This document shows, piece after piece, positions 52,666 through 62,300 of a stretch of 64,000 bases of DNA. Under the pieces are notes generated by a model, which saw only the letters and a program-made list of their open reading frames with translations, was not told where the DNA came from and ran no database searches. The stretch spans positions 7,241 through 71,240 of the forward strand of contig JADHVI010000003.1 in the NCBI GenBank assembly GCA_016784125.1, written 5' to 3'. Source of the DNA: Candidatus Woesearchaeota archaeon. GTDB taxonomy: Archaea; Nanobdellota; Nanobdellia; Woesearchaeales; GCA-2686295. Both the position numbers and the translations under genes were made by a program. Each line of letters opens with the position of its first letter. The stretch's first letter is position 1.

Positions 52666-53646
52666 CAAACATTTTCTATTTGATAGTAAGATTTCATTCA
52701 AAGCTTGTCTAAGTCCAAACTTATGTCTTCTTATCTTGAGAATGTTTTTTTCAACAAGAACTTTTTTGACAAGCAAATCAAGTTTATTGCTATCTGCATA
52801 CAATTGATTCATAACTTTATTTGGTATCTGTAGATCCAGAAGGGGTCTAATTTTTTTAAAAGCAAAATAAGTACTGCTTGAAACACCCCAATTTTTAGAT
52901 GTTTTTATCAAAAAATCCCAATTAATTTGGTTTTTCTTTAGTAAAAGTGAGATGTCAACTAAGTATTTCAAAGGACTTCGAAATAGGTCGTGGTGTGCTA
53001 AGAAAGTTGATATAAGAATAACTTCATGCTCTGGACATAAATAGTTTTTTTTTGAATGTTGAAATAACTCTTCAATAGAAATGTTGTAAGGATCTGTTTT
53101 TTCAAATACTTGCCAATGAAGATCAATGTGGCAGTCAACCATCCCAACTTTTTTGACAAAAGGTAGCTGTGTGCTAAACTCTTCTAAATATTTCTTAGAA
53201 TGGATTTGCTCAAATAACCCAAATCCATTTGCTTTAAGAATCTCTACTGCTCGTTTTTTATCTTCTTCTAAAATCAAAATATCAATATCCATAAATTCTC
53301 TAAGTCCAATTTTATAATAACCTTGAGAAACCATTGATGCTCCTTTGAAAACGAGGAATCTAATTTTATTTTTTTGAAATATCTTAGAAACTCTATCAAG
53401 TTCTTTTTTTAACAACAGACTATACATCAAAACGTTTTTGTAATTATTTTTTAGCTCTAACTTTTTATTCTTAGGAATTGAGCTTGAATGTTTCAATTTC
53501 TCATAAACTATTCCGCCAATTAAATTATAACTATGGATACTTTCTAATTTGTCCCAGTCAATACATGGTAACTTGTTCTCTTTAATGTTTTTATTATTGA
53601 TGAATTGCTTTGTGATTTCCAGTATGGTCTGTTCTTCTTTGTTCAT
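52639..53646 (-). CDS. putative nucleotidyltransferase (Pol-beta-like, PF14907-like)
   Basis: GAS...DIDILIL pattern (FKGASMVSQGYYKIGLREFMDIDILIL); start set to the first ATG (ORF-track start is a TTG). Confidence 0.45.
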   Translation of the reverse strand: MNKEEQTILEITKQFINNKNIKENKLPCIDWDKLESIHSYNLIGGIVYEKLKHSSSIPKNKKLELKNNYKNVLMYSLLLKKELDRVSKIFQKNKIRFLVFKGASMVSQGYYKIGLREFMDIDILILEEDKKRAVEILKANGFGLFEQIHSKKYLEEFSTQLPFVKKVGMVDCHIDLHWQVFEKTDPYNISIEELFQHSKKNYLCPEHEVILISTFLAHHDLFRSPLKYLVDISLLLKKNQINWDFLIKTSKNWGVSSSTYFAFKKIRPLLDLQIPNKVMNQLYADSNKLDLLVKKVLVEKNILKIRRHKFGLRQALNEILLSNRKCLLLKRFFSN

Positions 53647-53708
53647 TGATCTTTTCAATATGAATAACTATTTAAGTTAATCGAAATTTGTTACAATTGA
53701 TCTGCATC

Positions 53709-54653
53709 ATGAATTATTTTGATAATTTAAGAACTTTGTATAACAATCCAATTGAGATTAAAGGCTTTAAACAACTCAACAAGAAAGGCTTGTTTCCTGA
53801 AGAAGAAATATTGATAAAGAAGCATCTTAAGCCAGGAAAAAAAGTTTTAGTTATTGGCTGTGGTGCCGGAAGAGAATGTTTTGTTCTCGCAGAAATGGGA
53901 TTTGAAGTTGTAGGTGTTGACATATCTAAAGAAATGGTTGCAGCTGCAAAAAAACTTTCTGAGAAGAAAAAACTAAATATCAAATTCTTCGAATCAAATA
54001 TATTGGACTTTGATTACAAGAAAGAATCATTTGATTACGTTTTAATGCTTGAACAAATGTATAATCTTATTCCTTTCAAAAAAAACAGGTTGCTGTTATT
54101 AAAGAAAGTTCGCTTCTTACTTAAGAAGAACGGCTTATTCATTTTCTCAGCATATTCAAAGTTATATTTTCATTTAATTTTTCCTTATTTGTTTGTGAAA
54201 TTTCCGCAAAATTTAATTAGAAATTTATTCTCCAGTAAAGACAAACTTATGCACCTTCAACAGTCTAAATATTCATTTTCAAATCCGAAACCTTTGTCGA
54301 GAATAAAACTCTTAAAACGTTTTTTTGGAAAAGTTTATTATGCCTTAAAATTATTTCTAAGAGAACCTATTTTTTTATTTAAGAATATATACAGATTAAT
54401 TCAAAAAATTATCTTTAAAAAAAGAGCTGTATTGGAACCTGGTGATTTAATTGGAAATCCGAGTCTTTTTTGTAAAAACGAATCTTTGAAAGTAGTTTTT
54501 AAGTATTTCAGTCCAAAACAAATTACAGAGAAAATAGTCGAATCTGATTTTAAATTAGTTAGATATTATTCTAGAGATGAACTCCTAGAAAACAAAAGGT
54601 TTATGGGGAAAATATTTACTGATATAAATTATTATGTTGCAGAGAAATTTTAA
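53709..54653 (+). CDS. class I SAM-dependent methyltransferase
   Basis: VLVIGCGAGRECFVLAEMGFEVVGVDISKEMVAAAKK; first ATG used. Confidence 0.65.
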   Translation: MNYFDNLRTLYNNPIEIKGFKQLNKKGLFPEEEILIKKHLKPGKKVLVIGCGAGRECFVLAEMGFEVVGVDISKEMVAAAKKLSEKKKLNIKFFESNILDFDYKKESFDYVLMLEQMYNLIPFKKNRLLLLKKVRFLLKKNGLFIFSAYSKLYFHLIFPYLFVKFPQNLIRNLFSSKDKLMHLQQSKYSFSNPKPLSRIKLLKRFFGKVYYALKLFLREPIFLFKNIYRLIQKIIFKKRAVLEPGDLIGNPSLFCKNESLKVVFKYFSPKQITEKIVESDFKLVRYYSRDELLENKRFMGKIFTDINYYVAEKF

Positions 54654-54739
54654 CAAGTTTTACAACAGTTGAGCTCGCCAACATTCTTAATAAGTTTAAG
54701 AGTCGGTTTTTCGTATTCAAGAGTTTTCTTCTTCATCAT
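54650..54739 (-). CDS. candidate RiPP precursor peptide (29 aa: MMKKKTLEYEKPTLKLIKNVGELNCCKTC)
   Basis: Unannotated small ORF in the gap between the MTase and the B12-rSAM genes, on the same strand as the PqqD, kinase and NTase genes; Lys-rich leader-like N-terminus and Cys-rich C-terminus; weak RBS (AAGAAA); could be a chance ORF. Confidence 0.35.
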   Translation of the reverse strand: MMKKKTLEYEKPTLKLIKNVGELNCCKTC

Positions 54740-54811
54740 ATTTTTTCTTAATTTTTTTTATTTAAAAACTTTTTGGATATATTTATATATTTCTTCTCGC
54801 AATCCAATCTT

Positions 54812-56242
54812 ATGACTGATGTTCTTCTTTTTATTCCAAGATATAAGTGGAATGATTCTAAAAAAGCAGACTCTTGTTATCCTCCTATTGGAGTTGCTAT
54901 ACTTGCTTCTAATCTTGAAAAAAATAGTTATTCTGTTTCTATTCGTGACGCAAACGTAGAACCAATATCTGAGAAGGAGTTTATTGGTTTAATTAAGAAA
55001 GAAAAGCCTTCCTTATTTGGTTTGTCTATTTCAGATGCGAATATTCCGGATGTGAAAAGATGGTGTTTACTAGTTAAAAAAATAAGTGCACACACAAAAA
55101 TAGTGATTGGCTGTCGCGATAAATTATTTCTAAAAAATAATTTTTTGTCTTTTGCAGATTATTTTGTAATTGGTGAAGCAGAAGAAACAATTGTTGAATT
55201 GTCAGATTGTATTATTAAGCGTACCTGCTCTTTAAAATCAATTAATGGATTGGCTTATTTTGAAAAGAATGTACTAGTGATGAATAGTCTTAGAAAAAAA
55301 GTCTCTAATCTAAATAAGCTGCCATTTCCAGCATACCATCTTCTTTCGATGAATCTTTACAAGCCATATGCAATTAATCATCTTGGTAAAAGGTTTACTG
55401 CTATTATTAGCAGTCGTGGATGTGCTTTCAAATGTTCTTTTTGCAGTATCGCAGTTGCTAATAGCCATACTTGGAGACCCTTAAGCGCGGCAAATACTAT
55501 TGCGTTAGTAGAATATTTGCATGCAAAACATGGTATTACTCACATACATTTTCAGGATGATGAATTTCTTATAGATTCTAAGAGAGCTGCTAAGATTTGT
55601 ACTCTAATGAGATCGAAATTTGATAAAGAAATTGTTTGGGAGTGCAGGGGCAGGGCTGCAAATATGTCTGAAACATTAGCTTCTCTTCTTGCATCTGCGA
55701 ATTGTATAGCAATTACTTTTGGAATCGAACTTGGATATCAAGAAGGCTTAGATAAAATAAAAAAACAAACCACTATAAAACAAATTGAAAAGGCTGTTGA
55801 AGTTTCCAGAGAGAATCATTTACAAACAAAAGCGGGTTTTATGTTAGGATTTCCTTGGGAAACAAAGGAAGATGTCCAGAAAACAATTGATTTTGCAAAA
55901 AAGTTGCCCCTTGATTTTGCAGGTTTTACGATTTTAATTCCTTTTGAAGGAACTGAAATGTATGCTTTGCTAAAAAAAGAACGTTTAATTGTTTCATCTG
56001 GAGATACTTTCTCAAAGAAGAATGGTTTCGAGTTTTCTGTAAACACCAAATTTTTATCTTATAGAGAACTGGTAAAATTAAAACTGAGAGCACAAAAACA
56101 GTTCTATTTGCGACCAACTTATTTTCTAAGCTTATTTTTTAGATCTCATAATTTACTAATGTTGAAAAGGTGTTTGAAAACTTATTTTTACTCAATAAAA
56201 GCTATTATCTGGACCTCTTCTAAACTTTTCAGAACTCAATAA
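54812..56242 (+). CDS. B12-binding-domain radical SAM protein (class B)
   Basis: N-terminal cobalamin-binding-like domain, SSRGCAFKCSFCSI (CxxxCxxC); TATA-like ATTTATATATTTC ~20 nt upstream of the first ATG. Confidence 0.7.
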   Translation: MTDVLLFIPRYKWNDSKKADSCYPPIGVAILASNLEKNSYSVSIRDANVEPISEKEFIGLIKKEKPSLFGLSISDANIPDVKRWCLLVKKISAHTKIVIGCRDKLFLKNNFLSFADYFVIGEAEETIVELSDCIIKRTCSLKSINGLAYFEKNVLVMNSLRKKVSNLNKLPFPAYHLLSMNLYKPYAINHLGKRFTAIISSRGCAFKCSFCSIAVANSHTWRPLSAANTIALVEYLHAKHGITHIHFQDDEFLIDSKRAAKICTLMRSKFDKEIVWECRGRAANMSETLASLLASANCIAITFGIELGYQEGLDKIKKQTTIKQIEKAVEVSRENHLQTKAGFMLGFPWETKEDVQKTIDFAKKLPLDFAGFTILIPFEGTEMYALLKKERLIVSSGDTFSKKNGFEFSVNTKFLSYRELVKLKLRAQKQFYLRPTYFLSLFFRSHNLLMLKRCLKTYFYSIKAIIWTSSKLFRTQ

Positions 56243-56498
56243 GTTTATTTTTTTCTAGTTTGTTTAACATTTCAATTACATCTTTCTCTAAAGCCTTTTT
56301 CCCAACTGAGAATTTCTTACTCATGGAAACAATGATTTCTTCAATATTTCTCTTTCCGTTTATAAGATTCCATACAATGCTCCCACTACTATTAAGGTTA
56401 TAGAACTTTCCTGTTTCAAGCAAGAGTATGATAGTTTCATCATCAATTTTCTCAGATTCAATATCTTTTCGCTTTTTAGGAATACTTTTCAAGTTCAT
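56229..56498 (-). CDS. PqqD-family protein (RiPP recognition element-like)
   Basis: ETGKFYNLNSSGSIVWNLINGKRNIEEIIVSMSKKFSV...ALEKDVIEMLNKLEKNKLI fits the PqqD/RRE pattern (x-Y-x-LN-x-G-x-iW-x-l-G-x-R-x-eeI ... D-v-efl-x-L-x-LI); 89 aa. Confidence 0.65.
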   Translation of the reverse strand: MNLKSIPKKRKDIESEKIDDETIILLLETGKFYNLNSSGSIVWNLINGKRNIEEIIVSMSKKFSVGKKALEKDVIEMLNKLEKNKLIEF

Positions 56499-58098
56499 CT
56501 ATTTCCCTCCAAAAATGCTTGTCTTTTTTAAAGTATAAATAATTGCACTTTACTTCTTTTGAAATATTTTTTATCAGTTCAAATACTTTTTCATACTCAT
56601 CCTTTTTCCTGGTTATGAATTTGAAAAACATTTCTTCCTTGGTTAGTTCCATAATTACATTTGCTCTACTAATTTCGCTTAGAGTGTGAGAATCTGATTG
56701 TTTAATGAAAAATATTCTGTGAAGTTTCACAGTTTTACTATTTGGTTTTAATGTCTCTTTGAATTTAAAATATTCTCCTCCCAGAGGATTGCCATACAAG
56801 AAAAACTGTTTATTCTTTTTCTGGATAATTGTTGTTTCATCATTTAGAACTGCTGATTTATCTGACAAACTAGCAATAGTGGATTTTCCAGCTCCCTTCT
56901 CACCGCAGAAGACATATCCTTTGTTATTTCTAACAATTGAGCTGGCATGTAGGAATATTGTCTGTTTGTCATATAATATGCTGGCAAAAGTCATTTTCAA
57001 GGCTTTTCCGCAAGCATATTTACTATTAGGCATTTTAATCCATGCATACGCCTGTTCTTTGTTTTTCTCAATCTGTAATAATAATGTTTTGTCTTCATAT
57101 ATTGTTTCTAAAGATGAATCTACTTTGTTTTGTATACTTAGAAACAACTTAATTGACTCAGGTTTTTTAGTTTCAAAGTGCTTGTAATCATTTTCAATTC
57201 TTTTCAAAAACAATTTGCTCTCAGACATTACTTTTACTGTTAGATCAGCAATATTTATCTTTAAGTCATAAGTGGGTTTAATACCTATTAGTTCTAGTGA
57301 TTCTTTTTTGTTCTTGAATGAAATAATCGTGTTTGACAAATCAAACAAATCTTTCATCATTTTATCAATAGCCTTGGTTGTTGAACTATACTCTTTGTAA
57401 ATTTGAAGTATTTTCTTCAAGCAGTTTTCTGATTCTCTAGTTATAGTATTATTCTTACTGGCAATATACTTTGCCTTTAGAAAATAGTTTCTTGCTAAAT
57501 AGAATTTATTCTCTTCTCTCGCAGGATTTTGTTTCATGTCTTTGATTATGAGCGGATAATTCCTTTTTCTTTTCTTTTCTGTTTGTTCTAAATTGTTATA
57601 ACCAAAATGCCTAATACAGACTTTTTTAAGCATACGGCTTTTAGGAATATTTTTTTGCGATTCAACTATTTTTTCATGAACAATTCCACTCCAAAAATAT
57701 TTTTTTGAATTCCTAAAGAGAACTATTCTTTTGTGAACTGAAGATTTTTGATTTTCTTTTTCAGAGATAATTTTTACTTTGAAACAATCGTTTTTTTCAT
57801 TTAATTGGCTCTTTAATTCTGTACTGTGTTCTAAAATCTCATCTGCATCAATTGAAATAATCCATTCTTTGGTACACTTACTTAATGCATAGTTTCTTGC
57901 TTCTGAAAAATCGTTTTTGAATTTATGCGAGAAAACTTTGTTAGTATATTTTTTCCCAATCGCAATGGTACTATCTTTTGACCCTGTATCAACAATTACA
58001 ATCTCATCAACAACATTTTTTATGCTTTCTAAACATCTGGAAAGATTCTTTTCTTCATCTTTTACAATTAGACACGCAGAAATTGTTTTTTTTGTCAT
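56476..58098 (-). CDS. family-2 glycosyltransferase fused to an HprK-related P-loop kinase domain
   Basis: N-terminal GT2 (CLIVKDEEKNLSRCLESI...IVIVDTGSKDST...ISIDADE); C-terminal FLHASSIVRNNKGYVFCGEKGAGKSTIASL matches the HprK-type kinase P-loop (LHAS...G-x-x-G-x-GKST); overlaps the PqqD gene by 23 nt. Confidence 0.6.
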   Translation of the reverse strand: MTKKTISACLIVKDEEKNLSRCLESIKNVVDEIVIVDTGSKDSTIAIGKKYTNKVFSHKFKNDFSEARNYALSKCTKEWIISIDADEILEHSTELKSQLNEKNDCFKVKIISEKENQKSSVHKRIVLFRNSKKYFWSGIVHEKIVESQKNIPKSRMLKKVCIRHFGYNNLEQTEKKRKRNYPLIIKDMKQNPAREENKFYLARNYFLKAKYIASKNNTITRESENCLKKILQIYKEYSSTTKAIDKMMKDLFDLSNTIISFKNKKESLELIGIKPTYDLKINIADLTVKVMSESKLFLKRIENDYKHFETKKPESIKLFLSIQNKVDSSLETIYEDKTLLLQIEKNKEQAYAWIKMPNSKYACGKALKMTFASILYDKQTIFLHASSIVRNNKGYVFCGEKGAGKSTIASLSDKSAVLNDETTIIQKKNKQFFLYGNPLGGEYFKFKETLKPNSKTVKLHRIFFIKQSDSHTLSEISRANVIMELTKEEMFFKFITRKKDEYEKVFELIKNISKEVKCNYLYFKKDKHFWREIDELEKYS

Positions 58099-58143
58099 TT
58101 TAATGCAAAGAATTAAAAAAGTAATTGATTAATAAATTTTGTT

Positions 58144-58560
58144 ATGAGACAATTAACTATAAACAGCAACAGTATGCTTCCATTACTGAAAATCAACGAT
58201 CGAGTAGTTGTGAATAACACTAATTCATTTGTAATTGGGGATATACTAGTTTATAAGAAAAACAAATCTTTTGTAGGCCATAGACTAGTTAAAAAAAGTG
58301 AATTAGGTTTTTTTGTTAAAGGAGATAATGATCCTACTGTTGAACTTGTTAGTTCCAATAAAATCCTTGGGAAAATAATTCTAATTAATAATTATAAATT
58401 TAAGAATAATTTCATTGAAAAAATAATTTCTCATTGTTCTTATGTTCAGTCAAAAATCCCTTTCATATTTAACATTAAGAATGATTTGTTAAGAAAAGCC
58501 TTTAAATTTCTAACTAATCCTTTATTATACTTAGCTCACTCTTCAAAGCATTGTTTATAA
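58144..58560 (+). CDS. S24/S26-family (signal-peptidase/LexA-like) peptidase
   Basis: SMLPLLKINDRVVV (Ser nucleophile box), GDILVYKK, VKGDN motifs as in S26 signal peptidases; 138 aa. Confidence 0.45.
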   Translation: MRQLTINSNSMLPLLKINDRVVVNNTNSFVIGDILVYKKNKSFVGHRLVKKSELGFFVKGDNDPTVELVSSNKILGKIILINNYKFKNNFIEKIISHCSYVQSKIPFIFNIKNDLLRKAFKFLTNPLLYLAHSSKHCL

Positions 58561-59327
58561 TAATCACATTGCCCAGTGCTCCACTTACAAAGTGGACTTG
58601 TTTGTTGCGGATAATCAACTTTTTCTTTAGAAACAGTCTTTGTATGAATCTTATCAACTTCAGTTCTAGCTTCATCTACAAGCGCGTCATCAACAGGCAA
58701 TAAAAATTCATTATGTTTCAAAAAATCAATTCCAACTAAGTCAGGCTTAACACCATGAGCTTCTTCATACATCATAGCGTAGATGCCAAGTTGTAACCTG
58801 TATTCAGGGGTCATGTGAGCTCTCTTGCTGGTCTTATAATCAAGAATGACAACTTTTGTGTTGTTCTCAAATAAAACATCTATAAATCCACGAACATTAT
58901 GTTTTTTAGAAACAAACTCTTTTTCTCTTGTAGGAGTCAAATGCTCGAATGCTTGAGTAAATGTCTTGCTATCATCCAATTGGTTTCGAAATTTTTTCTG
59001 AAATCGTTTGAACCAGTTCTGAAGCATTTCCTTGCTTTCATTATAGTAAAACTTAAGTTTTGAGTCTCCAAGCTTTAACTCTGATAATTCTTCATAGTTA
59101 TCATTCCAGATTTTTTCAAACAACCAAAACAAGTGAAGTCTTAAGGCATCTTCGCTACTAATCTTAGCGTCAATGTCAAAGAAGTCTTCTAAAACAGTGT
59201 GGACAATTTTTCCCCTAATTAAATGAATACTTGGAAAACTAGGAAGCGCTTCAATATACCTATAATAATACTTCCGTGGGCACTGTTTGTAAGTGTTGAT
59301 GCTGCTCGGACTCTCTACTCTACTCAT
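58536..59327 (-). CDS. Cas4/RecB-like PD-(D/E)XK nuclease with a 4-Cys cluster (stand-alone)
   Basis: N-terminal Cys (YKQCPRKYYY), ILDYKTSK (motif III D..K), C-terminal C-x7-C-x5-C (CKWSTGQCDYYKQC) = Cas4/DUF83 pattern; no cas genes nearby. Confidence 0.55.
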   Translation of the reverse strand: MSRVESPSSINTYKQCPRKYYYRYIEALPSFPSIHLIRGKIVHTVLEDFFDIDAKISSEDALRLHLFWLFEKIWNDNYEELSELKLGDSKLKFYYNESKEMLQNWFKRFQKKFRNQLDDSKTFTQAFEHLTPTREKEFVSKKHNVRGFIDVLFENNTKVVILDYKTSKRAHMTPEYRLQLGIYAMMYEEAHGVKPDLVGIDFLKHNEFLLPVDDALVDEARTEVDKIHTKTVSKEKVDYPQQTSPLCKWSTGQCDYYKQCFEE

Positions 59328-62300
59328 TTTTTATCTATAGAAACTACTATTTTCTTATCTCTAACTGTTTTATCTGCTAAATACTTTAACTTCTTAGCAT
59401 CCAAACCAATAGTTATCTCTGTTGCTCCAATTTTTTTCTTTATCTCATCTTTGAATGGGCTTAGATTAACATCTGTGTTAATACAAGCTTTTATGGATTC
59501 TTCTTTTTTGAATCCAGAATCTTTTCTTAATTGCTGAATTCTTCTAATTGTATCCCTTGCGAAACCTTCAACTTCTAGTTCGTTGGTTACAAGTGTTGAT
59601 AGCATCACTTGCCCACCTTTAAAACTAGAAACCTCTGTGTTTTTAGGTGGAATCTGTGTGATATCAAAATGTTCTTTCTTTAATTCGAACTTGCCAACTT
59701 TAACAGAATCTTTAGTTTGCAAAGTTTTAGCAATATCGGATTTACTCTTAGCAATAGTTTCAGCAATTGTGCCTGTATCAGTGCCAAACTCTTTACCAAT
59801 ATTCCTAAAGTTTGGTTTAATCTCAAAATCACATTTGATCTTGCCAATAGAAATTTTCTTCACATTAACCTGCTTCATCAATAAAGCTTCTAGAGGTTTA
59901 ATGTTCTCGACAATTTTCTTATCAGCATCAATCATGACTTCTCCCAAAGGCCACCTTACACCCATCTTGGACTTGTCTCTGCAAGCAAGAGTTGCTGCAA
60001 TTACTTCTTGAGTTACGCTCATAGCTTTTTCCAAACTCAAATCGGATTTTCCAGGTTCAGGAATTATTTCCAAATGTACAGATTCTTTTAACTTGTTCAA
60101 ACACTTCAAGTTCTGATAAATTTTTTCGCTGATATAAGGTGTAATTGAAGCCATTAAAGATATTATTTTTAGCACACAATGATTGATGACATTCAAAGGA
60201 TTCTTATCATTATCTAATCGATTTCTAATGAGCTGAACATAAGTTCTACTAAGATCATCAACTACGAAGTTCTGAATTGTTCTCCCGACCAAATGTAAGT
60301 TAAAAGATTCGAATTGTTCTCTTGCTTCTCTAATGGTAGTGTTTAACCTTGAAAGTATCCATTTATCTTCTACTTCTTTAGATTCAACTGATGAAACCTT
60401 TGCATTCTGAGAAAGCAAGTAGATATGCAGATTCCAAAGTGTGTTCAATATCCTGGAAACTTCGGTTTTGATTGTTTCAAGACTAAATTTTTGTGTGCTA
60501 GAAGGATCAATGTCCCAACAATAATACAATCTGAGAGCATCAGCACCATGATTCTTAAGAGCATCTTTTGCAGTTACCACATTACCAACTGACTTACTCA
60601 TCTTTTCGCCTTTAGAATCCAAAACCCATCCAGGCATGGAAACAGTTTCATAAGGTGATTTGTCAAACACACCAATACCAACAAACATCAATGAGTAGAA
60701 CCATCCTCTAATCTGATCTTGAGATTCATTGATTCTACTAACAGGATAATTATTTTCAAATAGTTCTTTATTCTCAAAAGGATAATGTAAAGATGCAAAA
60801 GTTGAACATCCTGAGTCAAACCAAACATCGAATATATCATTGATTCGAGTCATATCTTTCTTGCAAGCACCACATTTCAACATAACATTGTTAACTGTGT
60901 GCAAATCAAAGTCTTTAGGAATTTTGCCAGAAGCTTCTTTCTCTAATTCTTTTAATGATCCAACAGATTTAATTTCGCCACATTCACACTTCCAAATAGG
61001 AATTGGGATTCCCCAGTATCTTTGTCTTGAAAAATTCCAGTCTTCAGCGTTGCTAACCCAAGCTTCGAATCTTTCTTTTGCAAATTCAGGTTGCCATTCG
61101 ACCTTCTTGTTAGCAGAAAGCATCTTGTTTCTTATGTCCTCAATTTTTAAGAACCATTGTTTGCTCAATCTGAAAATCAATGGTGATTTACAACGCCAGC
61201 AAACAGGATAACTATGTTCAATCTTTGAAAAGTTAAGAAGGGATCCTGCTTTATGCATATCCTCCATAATTGCATGATCAGCTTGCTTTACGAATTCGCC
61301 CTGATATTTGCCAGCATCATCAGTAAAACAACAAGCATCATCCAAAGGACTTATATTTGGTAAATTATAATGTTTACCAATCTCGTGATCAGTTTTACCA
61401 TGACCAGGAGCTGAATGAACTAATCCACTACCATCTTCAACTGTGACGAAATCTTCGAATACATCTCCTGTCTTGATTCCTTTCTTAGCAGCAACTTTCG
61501 AAGCAACTCTCTCTTTTAAAATAGGAATTGACATGTAGACTTTCAACGCATTAGGATTCTTAGATAGTTCTTTTTGAACTGGAACATCTAATATGCTTTC
61601 ATATTGTAAACCATCCAATTTGGTTCCTTTGAAAGTCTCTAAAACCTTATATTCAATATCAATTTCTTTAAGCAAAGTTAATCTGTTCTTGGCTAGAATT
61701 AAATTTCCTTTACCAGTTTCAACCTTGACATATTCTTTGTCAGGATGAGCACAAATAGCAACGTTTGCAGGCAAAGTCCAAGGAGTTGTTGTGAATACTA
61801 ACAAGAAATCATTCTTTGTTCCTTTAACCTTGAATTTAACATATACTGAAGGATCAGTCATCTGTTTATAGGAGTCAGTTACTTCATAACCTGCAAGAGC
61901 AGTTTGACATTTAGGACACCAGAAAACAGGTTTTTTACCTTCATAGACCATTCCTTTATCCCAGAATTTTTTGAAAGCCCACCAAGCAGACTCAATATAA
62001 GAATTATTGTAAGTTAAATAAGGACTCTTCCAAGAGTACCAAGAACCAAGTTTGTCATAGACATCCAACCAAAGATCTTTGTTGAGAGTTGCGCTTTCTC
62101 TACAAGTCTTCATGAACTTAGCGATGCCATACTTTTCTATGTCTTTCTTTGATTTTAATTTGAGTTTCTTCTCAACCATGTTTTCGATTGGAAGACCATG
62201 AGTATCAAAACCAGGTTGGAACAAAACTTTCTTACCTTTCATAAAGTTCCATCTAACATAAGCATCTTTGTAAACAGTATTTCTGATATGGCCTACATGA

